A stretch of DNA of 63,295 nt, filler included, from Globobulimina sp. (Eukaryota): assembly GCA_003354225.1 (NCBI GenBank). It is 39 parts of 39 records of this genome, joined end to end, with 100 filler letters (N's around TTAATTAATTAA, not from the genome) between each part and the next. Parts side by side here need not be neighbours in the genome. Positions count along the whole stretch, not along the records: positions 1 to 1,527 come from PIVH01015287.1; positions 1,628 to 3,154 come from PIVH01015288.1; positions 3,255 to 4,781 come from PIVH01015289.1; positions 4,882 to 6,408 come from PIVH01015290.1; positions 6,509 to 8,035 come from PIVH01015291.1; positions 8,136 to 9,662 come from PIVH01015292.1; positions 9,763 to 11,288 come from PIVH01015293.1; 32 more parts are not named here. One strand, given 5' to 3'. This document shows, one piece after another, positions 1-11,388 of this stretch. Position numbers and translations under genes: made by a program. The notes beneath the pieces were generated by a model. The model did no database searches and was not told where the DNA came from. It saw only the letters and a list, made by a program, of their open reading frames with translations. How positions within the stretch are numbered: the first letter of the stretch is position 1; every line of letters begins with the position of its first letter.

Positions 1-337
1 TGGCATGCTTTTTTAACAAAACAGCAAGTAAATAAATTGAGAAACGAGGTGATTGAATATGTAATGGGTAAGGATTTGCGAAATGAAAATGATATTTATT
101 ATAAATATGGCGATTTGAGAATTAAGTCTAACTTGCCTCAAATTAAAAAAAATAATCCATTTATCAAAATACGTGGACTCTTGTTTAGAGACTGATGATG
201 ATTGACTTCTGACTTCATTTACCATTAACTTTTTATATTCGTAAAGTGTATTGATGCACGGTCATGCACCTGTGTTGTGTGTTGATATTAGAGGAAAGAT
301 TTTAAACCTTGCAACTGTTAAAAAAACAATCAGTGTG

Positions 338-1038
338 ATGGCAGATGAAGATAGTGTAGTATGGAAGCTATATTTGTCTGAAAAAGGGCAGAAACCAAAG
401 AATGCGAGCCAATTAATGAAATGGTCGAAAAAAAATGACCATGCTCGAAATTTATCATTTTCGCAGGCCAAAAGGATATATAATGCAAAGATTAAGGAGC
501 CAGTGGAAGAGGTGAAGCTCGATGATAACAGACCCGACGTGGATATGACTGCGGAGAAAGAGGAATTGAAGGAATACATTGGGGAATGTAAGGAGGAATT
601 GGTGTCATTGCAGAATCGTGAGTTGTCGATGGAGGATGATTACGAGGAAGGCAATGAAGGCTTAGAAACGCAATTTGAACAAATTGAGAGTTTATTACAA
701 AAAGCAAGGCAAGAAATTGTAGATCAAAGGAATCAACAATATCAAACTATTACTGATGGTCTTAAATCACAGAAAGAAACGCTCGAAGACACACTACGAA
801 TATTAAGAAAAGTTAAGTTATATCTTATCCTCGCACTCACACAGTGATTATAGTTATACTGTATACTGAATAGACATTATCAGAATGTGATATAAAAGGC
901 GATAAAGAAGAGGTTAAAAAGGTATTATCATCGATACCTCAGTTAGAAGAGATTGACGAATATCAATTTCAACCGATAAATATTGATCCCACAGCCAAAG
1001 TTTTACAAAATTTAATTCAACAAAATACGGATAAGTAA
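338..1038 (+). CDS. Hypothetical acidic coiled-coil protein, 2 exons (intron 812-873)
   Basis: ORF 251-847, likely ATG at 338; removing the GT..TAG intron 812-873 continues the frame (TLSECDIKG...NTDK*) to 1038. Confidence 0.7.
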
Positions 1039-1295
1039 ATTAAATGTAACTTTTTATTTTTTCTCCTTGTTCTGATTTGTACATAAATCTATGCTATAAG
1101 TTTTGAATGATTATAGGATTTTTTTTCCAAAATTATAATAACGTATAAACAAAATCCCAATTTAGAAAGGTAGAAACAATGGAGATCAACAAAACAAAAA
1201 GTAAACATTTATATAAATAACTACAAAACAAGGAATACATCACAAAAAAAATGGAACAAAAAGGCATAGAGAATCTCTTTGATTTTCAATATTTT

Positions 1296-1527
1296 TCAAA
1301 CAATTATACAACATTTATCGTCTTTCTTTGCTCCAGCTTTTCCAGCACCCGTTGGATTTAAAAATTCTCTAAATATCATACAATATACATACAGACGCAT
1401 ATTCGCATATATTTTCTATGTATATTAGGATTATTGACATACGTGATGGCAGTTTCAAATGCTTTTTCGACATTAATTTTTTTCAACGCAGATGTTTCGA
1501 CATAAGCAGCGGCGCCGGATGCTTTTC
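1296..1527 (-). CDS. Rho/Rac-type small GTPase, C-terminal part (intron 1369-1442)
   Basis: Manual translation KASGAAAYVETSALKKINVEKAFETAIT|EFLNPTGAGKAGAKKDDKCCIIV*: G5-type ETSAL motif, basic tail and CAAX box. Not in the ORF track. Confidence 0.88.
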
Positions 1528-1627
1528 NNNNNNNNNNNNNNNNNNNNNNNNNNNNNNNNNNNNNNNNNNNNTTAATTAATTAANNNNNNNNNNNNNNNNN
1601 NNNNNNNNNNNNNNNNNNNNNNNNNNN
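1528..1627. other. Artificial contig spacer N44-TTAATTAATTAA-N44 (first of 38, one every ~1625 bp)
   Basis: Identical 100-nt block with stops in all six frames; the contigs between copies are 1524-1527 bp in decreasing order. Confidence 0.99.
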
Positions 1628-1657
1628 TTTGTTTTACTCTTTGCAAGGTTTTATAAA

Positions 1658-3154
1658 TTATGGTTTAAATTGGAAACACTCTGTTTGATTCATTGTTTGC
1701 CTCCATTGTTGATCCCATTTATATTTCCTAAATTGCCCAATATTTTTTGTAAACTGTTTCAAACACTCCTTCTCATTATAAACACGCAATATATATTTTG
1801 TCAATTCATTTGATGTATTAAATACAAATCCATTTTTGTTATGTATTACCAATTCATGTAACGCAGTTTTTATATTGTTATTTTTCGAGATTTGCATAAT
1901 TTTTTCCATTTTATTTTGATTAAAATTAATAGCAATGACAGGCATACCAACACCAAACATATCCACTACTTTCATTGGTAAATCCAAGCCAGACGACGAT
2001 AAATGAAAACATAAACCAATATCGCACCATTTTAATAAATGTATATAATTATTATGTGATTCCAACCACAAAGGTATGACTTGAACATATTTTAGTGACA
2101 ATGCATTTAATTTGTGTACAAATTCTTTTTTCAAATTTCCCTCATCTTTGCCAGTTATAAACAATACAATATTCCTATCTGATATTTTATTGTCAATATT
2201 CTGCAATACCTTATCATCCAACAACATATTTAAATCCTCATCCGGTGTCCATGAGGTACTGCTTACCATCCATAAGCTATCACCTTTCAGATCCTTAATA
2301 TTGCCATTATTATTATTTTCAAAATATTTAACAATATCTTTGCATAATAAATTATCATCCTTCTCATTAATATGTTTATTTAAAAACACTTTTGTTGCTC
2401 TATCATAAAGCACATAGATATCCTTTGCAGCGAATTTCCATTCTGTAATTAAATACGTTTCCATTGATTTGGAAACTGTTAAATGAATATCTGCTGTTTT
2501 ACCAACGTATCTTTCAACCAATCTAGAATTAAATATTTGTTATGTGTTCACAATTCAACATAGATTCGAATACCTGTATAATTTAACAAAAATTCCTTTT
2601 TGTTTCAAGGCTAAAATAGAAAAACCAAAGTTATGCCAATCAATAATAAATACACAGCCACGAAGCAATGATACATATTTAGCAATAATAACAATGGGGA
2701 CTGATGGCGGATTTTGCATTATGATGTGTGTCAAAGGGGACTGGATATCAGAGAATGGGGAGAATATTAAGATCCACAACAAACTCAATATCTCAGATAC
2801 AACTTTTAAAACTGCATAGACTATAAATGAGAATATATTCTTTCCCAATAAATTATGCAAACGCAATGATTTAATGTTATGCAATTTTACTCTTTTGTTA
2901 TTTCTTAATGATTGTATTCCGGATTCAATGAATCCTATAAAATGTATTTCGTAATTATTGTCTAAATTATTTAGTAATGATTCTGCATGACGTTGCATTC
3001 TGGGCGAACGACCAACATCGCCTAAAACTAAAATCACTATTGATTTCTTATCTGATGATGATGCTGCCAATTTCTTTATTTTTTCAACAAAGATGATAAA
3101 TGCATGATAAACTATTAGAAATAAAATCACATTTGCACTGAATGATAGGTTTGA
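1658..3154 (-). CDS. ALG1: Chitobiosyldiphosphodolichol beta-1,4-mannosyltransferase (intron 2523-2573; frame open to contig edge)
   Basis: Motifs VLGDVGRSPRMQxH, QNPPS, IDWHN, SSTSWTPDED, HxSSSGLDLPMKVVDMFG; a 51-nt GT-AG intron joins ORFs 2555-3130 and 1658-2521. Confidence 0.95.
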
Positions 3155-3254
3155 NNNNNNNNNNNNNNNNNNNNNNNNNNNNNNNNNNNNNNNNNNNNTT
3201 AATTAATTAANNNNNNNNNNNNNNNNNNNNNNNNNNNNNNNNNNNNNNNNNNNN

Positions 3255-4544
3255 CCAAATAGATACCATCGATAACAATACACCAAGATAAAAAACAAAA
3301 TATGTTGGAAAGAATATGTGCATTCCATCTCGAACCCACAATGCAAACACTCCCAAAACAAAAACGGAGTAATTAGACACCGCCGAAAGTATAAATATTT
3401 TATTATTCTCTGTCCATAAGATTTCCTGTATTGTCACACATATTAATATCACAATGGTCGCAATCAAAGTGTTTCCCCGAAACTGCTGCAATAATTTTTT
3501 CACCATAAACAATTGGAAATATTTAAACAATAAAATATTAGAAACTGTGTATAACACAATTCCTAAAAACACGCATAAAGCAACAGCGACGATGATACCG
3601 TCAGTAGCTGGGCCATCGCCATCGGAATAGGACAACACAAATAAATACAAGGCAGCATACACTGACCCCACAGCCGTAATAATATGAAACATATAAACAG
3701 TTTTTATGGTGAATTTATGAAAACAAAAAGTTGTTGTCGCAATTGAAATATTTCGGAATGGCAACAGCATTTTTGTTAAAACTCTATCATCTCTCAACAC
3801 AAAATATTTATGCTTCGGGTCACGTGGTACTGACAAAATGAGCGACGATCCATACCATAATATTTGTAATTTGCACCATGCTTCGACCTCATTCAATGTT
3901 AACGAGCCTTTATAAACGGTGACGAGCGTAAAATCGTCATCTGGCGTCCAAAAATAATACAAAGTTTGTAAAAGCACAGCAAATGGTCCTAAAAAGCGAA
4001 TAAAATTCAATATTTTTGGTGCGGAATCTGTCAGAAATATCATATATATGATACCATATATCCATGCAATATTTCCTAATAAAATTGTAAAAAAAAATTG
4101 TTGATCGTCGTTGGTTAGAAAATGTCGCGCAAAATCACAGACTATGCTGATAAAAACAGCAATGCATATTATAAAGCCACGGAAGGTGGCAATACATATT
4201 TTGAGTGCAGCAAAATCTATTTCATAATATGCAAATATTGTACCAGTGGTTATCCACAGCAATGCTGCGGTGTAGTATATGGCAATGGCGTCAATTGCAA
4301 ATGCATAGATCAAGGCAACAATAGCTCCTGTTATGCATAATGATATTTGCAATGTCATTGTTCTTGTACTTGGTTTCATTTTTTCTGGTATCTCTAATGC
4401 AGTGTTTTTAATTTTTTGTTTTATTTTTTTTGATGTTGATTCAATAAATGATGGTTTGTGTGGCGCATTGATCACAAAAATACTGCTTGTTGACGTCCGT
4501 TCTGCTGCATCGTATGGCGATTTAGGCTTGTCGTAATGAGACAT
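3255..4544 (-). CDS. Multi-pass membrane protein, 3'-truncated
   Basis: About 430 codons with roughly a dozen hydrophobic segments; no family motif recognised. Confidence 0.75.
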
Positions 4545-4610
4545 GTTTCCTTATTAAATATATAAAGGAAAATTACAAAAAAAAAAGAAAAACTTTACTT
4601 CAAAAAGACA

Positions 4611-4781
4611 ATGTCGACAACTACAATGTGGTGTGTTGGTAACAATGTAAATGGTGAGTTTGGATTGGGAGATGATGAAGAAAGAGACGCATTAACCAAA
4701 GCTGAATGGGCAGAGAATAAATCAATCACAAATATTATAGCATCAACACGTCATATCATATTTAAAATGAATGCAACCTAT
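4611..4781 (+). CDS. RCC1/BLIP-II repeat protein, N-terminal fragment
   Basis: WCVGNNVNGEFGLGD...ITNIIASTRHIIF resembles the RCC1 repeat pattern (wGxNxxGqLGlG...i.ag..H). Confidence 0.65.
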
Positions 4782-4881
4782 NNNNNNNNNNNNNNNNNNN
4801 NNNNNNNNNNNNNNNNNNNNNNNNNTTAATTAATTAANNNNNNNNNNNNNNNNNNNNNNNNNNNNNNNNNNNNNNNNNNNN

Positions 4882-6119
4882 AGATTGCAAATATTCTTTA
4901 TATTTTCCTTTAAATTTTCGAATATGTCCTTTGGAAAAACCGATATCATTTTTCAAATCACTGTCGGTCAAATCGTGCCAATATGTTGGATCGTCCCATC
5001 CTTCTTCTTTCATTTTGTCTGTATATTTTTGCAAACCCCATTGTTTCAACAACATCGCATATTCCATATCGCCATCATCCTCACTTTTGTGATCTACATC
5101 ATCATCATCCACCTCATCTTTACTTACTTGATACACCGCAGTCGAACCAATTTTCGCTTGCATATATTTTGTGCTGTACTGATACGCCAAATTTCCTGTC
5201 TCCCGTTGGAACAATCTCGCTGAAAATAGGTACATGCGATATTGCGAAATTTCAAAAAAAAAGCGTACACAATACCTCGTTTATACATTTTATGTGAAAT
5301 CTTTTTATATTTATAAAATTGAACGAAATGTAATTGTATTTCAGCCACAATTGTGCTCTCAGGACAATATACATTGATTAATAGATCTCTGTAACCGAAT
5401 GGCATTGTACTTGGATTGAACCTGTCTTTGACTCTTAATATTCCGCCCAATGACTGTTCCGCCAACATTTCGATGACAGAGAAGCATTTGTATAAATCTT
5501 GAAAAGTATCAAATACGAATGAACATCGCAAAATATCTGTCATTTTTTTGAATCCATTGTTATCATTCTCAGAATATACATAAAATGCTTTGTAAAAAGC
5601 TCGCTCCATTTTCTTGCCTTTAGCACCGGAAAACGACTTAATTTTAACATTTTGGATGGCGCATTGCTTGGATACTTTGTCTAACCACGTTCCAAATGAT
5701 GATAAATGCGTATTTCCAGCAAATATCAATTCTACAAAGGAGCCAGCTTCAGATAGACATTTTGCTTTGTTTTCGTATTTGGATATATTTGGCGCATATT
5801 TTCGCCGAGCGTCTTCCTGCTTTTTTTTAAATGGTTGGTATTCTGCATTGAATAGATTTTCAATCAAAATAATATTCTTCAAAAACGTATTCATTTCGTC
5901 GATATCTTCCATAATGGATAAAAGCAATGTTTTCTCATTTGCTAACGCCTTTTTCTTCGCTGCGAACAACGACGATGCAGTCATCTCACTCGATATTATC
6001 TTCTCTACGGTGGCATCTTTATTTTTCATTAGTTTCAAATGTGCATCCAATATAGCCATCAATTGGCCAATGCCAGATTTAGCCAATATGCCTGTTTGCG
6101 GACTATGCGGAGTTGCCAT
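4882..6119 (-). CDS. RelA/SpoT-like synthetase-domain protein with C-terminal SAM domain (intron 5220-5275), 3'-truncated
   Basis: KKMERAFYK...DILR...RVKDRF...GYRDLLIN...EIQLH...H match the order of RelA/SpoT synthetase motifs; a 56-nt GT-AG intron joins ORF 5124-6167 to a SAM-like LKQWGLQKYTDKMKEEGWDD...LKNDIGFSKGHIRKF; ATG at 6119. Confidence 0.8.
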
Positions 6120-6254
6120 TAGAATTTTGGCTTTTATCTTTGCTGTTTTTTTCTTCTTTAAATACAATCCTTGCGCTGTAGCATGGCACCGTCACCAAAT
6201 TTCAATTAAATTTGAACTTTGATTATAATTTCTTTCAAACAACCAAACTCATTA

Positions 6255-6408
6255 ATGTCTCAACAACAACAAAAACAAGAACAAGAACAATGTAAACAAC
6301 AAGCAAAACCAAACACAAATATCCCACAAATGCCAATAGATCGAAACCGCAATTTATCAGCATCAGCACCACCAATACCAACACCAATACCACCCCCTCC
6401 ATCGCACG
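6255..6408 (+). CDS. Q/P-rich protein, N-terminal fragment
   Basis: ATG at 6255, low-complexity frame open to the contig end. Confidence 0.5.
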
Positions 6409-6556
6409 NNNNNNNNNNNNNNNNNNNNNNNNNNNNNNNNNNNNNNNNNNNNTTAATTAATTAANNNNNNNNNNNNNNNNNNNNNNNNNNNNNNNNNNNN
6501 NNNNNNNNTGTTTTTATTTATCATTACAAATCCAATTGTCTTGTTGCAATATACAG

Positions 6557-8035
6557 CATGCAATGGGGCCACATTTATTTGTCCTGCTTCCGCTAATCAA
6601 TGTAATGTTATTTGCACAAAATCAAATGACAATGACACTGTGTTTGGATGTGCGAATTTTACTGTATGTATACCCGTAATCGTCTTCTTTTTAACAAATA
6701 TCCATTGCATTACCATTTACTTTGAATGTTATTTAGATCGACGCATCTCACTCTATTGGTGGCTCATTATCGATAAACGCAAGTGACAAAGCCCAGATTA
6801 TGGAAGGATCACTTATAAAATGTCCACCATTCGGTTCTTGCGATATTCACTGTCATGCAGATAATGGCTGTTCTTCAGCAACAATTATTTCTCATTCAGA
6901 AACAATAACATTATCCGTTGTTGCCTCTGGCAATCAAGTCTTACAAAACAGTGATATTACATGTCCAAATAGTATTAATTCTGGTGATTGTTCAATTTCA
7001 GCGATGGTTAATTACCTACATATGATGTCAGACATTAATATCAATGCTCAGCACTCATTCAATGATGTTAATTTACAGTGCGATTATACCACCGATGTGG
7101 ATACAAATTGCTACGATTCAGAGTGTTTGCCGGTAATTCATTGTAATGCCAACTATTCCGATTCATGCAGTATGCAATTAATCACTCATTCTACCAACAA
7201 ATGGCAATGCTTATCATCAATTAGTGAGTGTGCAGCTACTCTGTCGACGACAATGCAAACCACAACAACGCAAGTCGAGGATGGCAGAGATGGCGAAGTT
7301 ATCACCGCAACAACTACAACAAACACAATTATGCCACCTCCGGACAATGGAACACGAGATAAAATATTATTGTTTGTAATATCAAATATATCCTCTGTTG
7401 TGATAATTATCGGGGTAATATTCTGTGTGTTATGTTGCTGTATTGTATGGTTAATATGCGGTTATTATAAATTGAAAAGAAATAAAACGAAGGAGATAAA
7501 GAGAGAGGAATACAATCAATACGATGGTCCGCGTCCTAGTGATACTAGAAAACATATGCCATTATCTATAAATAATGATGACGAGCAGTATGAGTATGAA
7601 TATGATGAAATCAATCAGAATAAGTTGGTGTTAGTAAATATGTGTAAGCCGAAGTTGAAGCAAAATGTTCCTTCGACATCCTCTGCATTGCAATTTGAAA
7701 TGAGAGAGAGCATAAGCTTGGCTTCTCCTGATAACCGCAGCAATGAGCACAATTTGTTGAATTTAGCAATTGAGGAACATGATATTGATGATATTCAGCA
7801 CCAAAATGTGGAGTTATGTGGATTGAGTGAAGGCGATGAGAGCGGCGTAGGGGAGAAAGCTTTATTTGGATCAGATTCGGATAATGGAAGTGTTGAAGCT
7901 ATGTATGATGAGGAAAAACATGAAACATTGGGAGGGATTGCTGGGAATTATGATGAAGAAGCGGAAGAAAATGAAAATGATCAAGTATTTTTAGGAGGAC
8001 TGCCAAAATTAACAGATATAGTTTCAAATGAAGAA
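6557..8035 (+). CDS. Cys-rich repeat type-I membrane protein (intron 6664-6736), partial
   Basis: Repeated CP..C.I.C..GC..I units, Thr-rich stalk, one TM helix, acidic tail; the intron joins ORFs 6541-6786 and 6800-8083. Confidence 0.8.
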
Positions 8036-8392
8036 NNNNNNNNNNNNNNNNNNNNNNNNNNNNNNNNNNNNNNNNNNNNTTAATTAATTAANNNNNNNNN
8101 NNNNNNNNNNNNNNNNNNNNNNNNNNNNNNNNNNNATTATCACAATGTAACTCCTGGATTTACATTGGCATCGATTTGTGTACAATCTACTGCATAAAAA
8201 TACAAATCGATGTATTGCGAGAGTTATATTGTCTATAATTATATTGTGTATAATCTGTACTATATTAACTCTATACTCACAAAAATACGTGCCATATATA
8301 CCATGCTCGTTCATAAGACGAAATATATAGCAGTAGTTATTTAATCATGAGGCCGACCAATCAAACTGCAGCTGTTCAAATGATAAACGCAA

Positions 8393-8917
8393 ATGCAACA
8401 ACACACCACCACCACCAAACAAATGGATGGTTATCAATTCTGTTCATTTTCAGGAATATGTTCCTGCGCAGGAATTGTTCGTATTATAATGGGATTTTGT
8501 TTGTTAATGTTTTCACTGCAGTTAATATTATTTATTGTAACAGCAATTAAAGAGGATAACGCAGAATTTGAGTATATGGTAATTTTAGTAATAATTGAAT
8601 TGTTAATAACATGTCCTTGTTTTATAACTTATCGCACAAAAAAAATGTATTTAAGAGATTTTAGCAGTGGTATTTGTTATATTTATTGCTTTTGTATGGC
8701 ATTAATAATTGGTATAATAGTTGCAAGCCTTATTTATGGTGCCACCACACCCGATGACCCTGAAAATACCATGGCCACAGATACTGATACGGATACTATT
8801 ACTGATGATGGTGGCAATTCCAGCAGTGGTCAAACAACGGGTACATTATTTTGGATGTTTGTTTTGTTATTTTTTTGCTGGCCGTGTATTCTATGTCTTC
8901 TTCTTGGCGCTGCATAA
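8393..8917 (+). CDS. Small membrane protein with about 4 TM segments
   Basis: Complete ORF with four hydrophobic, Cys-rich segments. Confidence 0.65.
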   Translation: MQQHTTTTKQMDGYQFCSFSGICSCAGIVRIIMGFCLLMFSLQLILFIVTAIKEDNAEFEYMVILVIIELLITCPCFITYRTKKMYLRDFSSGICYIYCFCMALIIGIIVASLIYGATTPDDPENTMATDTDTDTITDDGGNSSSGQTTGTLFWMFVLLFFCWPCILCLLLGAA

Positions 8918-9273
8918 TATGTCACATTATTTTAAAAATTTTCTATTTCCAATTTCCAATTAATATTATTGCAAATTAAATAATAAGCTTAATTGTTTTA
9001 GTTTGTTTGGGTTTGTGTGTATGACTTTATGTTGTTTTGTTTTTTGTTGTTTGTTGTTTGTGATGCATATATAATAATATTACTTTTAGAAATACAATAG
9101 AACAGTCAGGGACAACGTAGGGACTTTTCCGTTTTAACCAAAAAAATGTCATCAGTGTTCCCATTTATTTATATAGACAAAATAAAGTTGTTTGTCGCAA
9201 AAATTGTTATACAAAAACACAAGAAAATTATTATACAAAAAAACGCTGACTATTTTTTTACTACTAGCATATC

Positions 9274-9662
9274 ATGCTTTTCTCAGCAACGTTATTTGTT
9301 TTATCTGTCATCACCACATCAATCACTAATGCACAACCATATGATCAACCATTAGATAAATTTGTTGAATCTGATGTATGTATGATATATACATTCTTGA
9401 ATTAATTTTTAACGTACATATCTATATAGGATGCTTATTACAGTTGGAATTATACAGGAAAACATGACGGTGTGTCAGGTGCATCCAAACGAGGTTGGAG
9501 TGCGTGGTTAACAGCAGCCGCAGACCAACGCATTGAAGTTATGGTCCCCATCGTGATGGATATGTGCAACTTTCATCCAAATCTGCATCATCAATATAAA
9601 GCGTATGGAGGTTGGACTTGGGCCTTCAAAGATTACTATGCTCAAAATATCACACAAGATTT
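9274..9662 (+). CDS. PqaA/AprA-family secreted alpha/beta-hydrolase-like protein (intron 9376-9429), apparently internally deleted, 3'-truncated
   Basis: Signal peptide, PLDKFVESD|DAYYSW, then SGASKRGWSAW...VPIVMD...LHHQYKAYGGWTWAFKDY, typical of the PqaA family. Confidence 0.8.
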
Positions 9663-9762
9663 NNNNNNNNNNNNNNNNNNNNNNNNNNNNNNNNNNNNNN
9701 NNNNNNTTAATTAATTAANNNNNNNNNNNNNNNNNNNNNNNNNNNNNNNNNNNNNNNNNNNN

Positions 9763-10842
9763 ATTACATCGAAAACAATATCGTCCATCGCTAATCGACA
9801 TACCTTCATTTCCGAGATTGCAAAAATTACATAATTTCTTTTTGCAACCTGTGCAATAATGATTAGTTGTTATACACGTTGGACATTCTGGATTTGATAC
9901 ATTGATTGATTGAGTTTGTGAGATATTAATATGTTTTTCAATATGTGCTAATTTATTATTTTTATTATTATTAATTAAATTTTTAATTGAGACTTTTTTT
10001 GAAATTGATTTATTTTTATTTGAAATAGATTTATTTGAAATTGATTTATTTGAAATATCACATTCAACACAATATAAAAGTACCAACGCATTTTCTTTTA
10101 ACACCGCAGCATATTGGATTAATTCGGGCGGCTTATCATCATCATATTTGTACCATTGATTATCGGAACATTTTTTTAACGCATAATAATGGCCACCATT
10201 CCATGAATTGCCAGTATGTACAATTAATCCGCTCAATGAATACTGTTTTTCTTTGTATTTTAATTTATGATAATATTGTATATATCTTGTATCTTTAGGG
10301 CATATATTATGATTATTTAATGGTTTATGTCTCATGATGGTAATATATAATGACTGCCCTGTTTTTAATACTTTGTTGTGTGCATAATGTATAGTTTTTT
10401 GTTCACAACAATCACATTCATGTTTATTTTCATCATCCATTTCTTCAAACACATCTAATTTATTTAATCCATTAATAATATCTTCTTCTATTTCTATATT
10501 AAGATTAAAATATGTTTTTGTATCCGGTTCTGTTTCATATCCACAGCCGGCACAGCGATATTGGTGTTGCTGTAATACAATATATGGTACATTATGGTTA
10601 TGGTTAATTGCATGTGATTTTTCTTGTATATGTTGCAATAAACTGATTAAAAATTCAGAAGAATCAAAGGAATGACCGGGAACACATGCTGGATTTATAG
10701 ATGCTAAATTATTAAATATTATTTCTGGATTCGCGTATTTTAATTCCTTTTGTTGGCTTATTAATTCCTGGATTTCTGAATAGATACAAATGTCTTGATT
10801 GAGTAGTAGTGGGGGAACATTCATCCCGGTCAAAAAATGCAT
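9763..10842 (-). CDS. Ubiquitin-specific protease (C19)-like domain plus C-terminal Cys-rich Zn cluster; no intact Cys box seen
   Basis: DSSEFL, CxxC pairs, His box LSGLIVHTG...GGHYYA...WYKYDD, and the closing ALVLLY strand. Confidence 0.78.
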
Positions 10843-10951
10843 ACATACATTGCAAACTTAGTCATGAGGTGAGAACCGTTCTTATATTGCACAACACACA
10901 CAAATTGAAAATAAAATGAAAAATATTAATACATAACATTCAACATTATGA

Positions 10952-11288
10952 CTATACATTACCCGCAGTGGTTCCTTGCGGTGTCTCTGTCGTAATGTCA
11001 TTATTTGGTTGATCTTGATACAAATCTTCACCATCACTGTCGGTGCCATTCCCTTCACTCAATGATTTAACAGCCATCATAACCGGAACTGTGCTATTAT
11101 CCAATTCACCGGATGCATCTGATGGCGTTACATAAAAAATATTATCTATATCATCAATGTTAATGTTGCCCACATTGTTTACCTGCGGAGCCAACTCAAC
11201 ATTTTTTAATTTATTTTCTATTGCTGTGTTTTTATTGTGTTTTCGTTTTTGAATAAATACGTATACTGATATTGCGCAGGAAATTAAT
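10952..11288 (-). CDS. C-terminal TM end and cytoplasmic tail of a type-I membrane protein
   Basis: Frame open from the contig edge: hydrophobic stretch, basic stop-transfer KRKHNK, acidic tail. Confidence 0.55.
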
Positions 11289-11388
11289 NNNNNNNNNNNN
11301 NNNNNNNNNNNNNNNNNNNNNNNNNNNNNNNNTTAATTAATTAANNNNNNNNNNNNNNNNNNNNNNNNNNNNNNNNNNNNNNNNNNNN

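Noticed and set aside
1572-1583. TTAATTAATTAA every ~1625 bp as a biological repeat or telomere-like unit
   Set aside because: Always inside identical N-runs between size-sorted contigs, so it is an artificial linker. ORFs ending in X..LIN are edge artefacts.
4882-6119. Bacterial contaminant small alarmone synthetase
   Set aside because: It has a spliceosomal-type intron, a SAM domain and a Q/P-rich eukaryote-like neighbour on the same contig.
5614-6222. Antisense ORFs such as 5614-6222, 15638-16123, 44420-44989, 55932-56465 and 57238-57753
   Set aside because: They shadow well-supported genes on the opposite strand and have no motifs.
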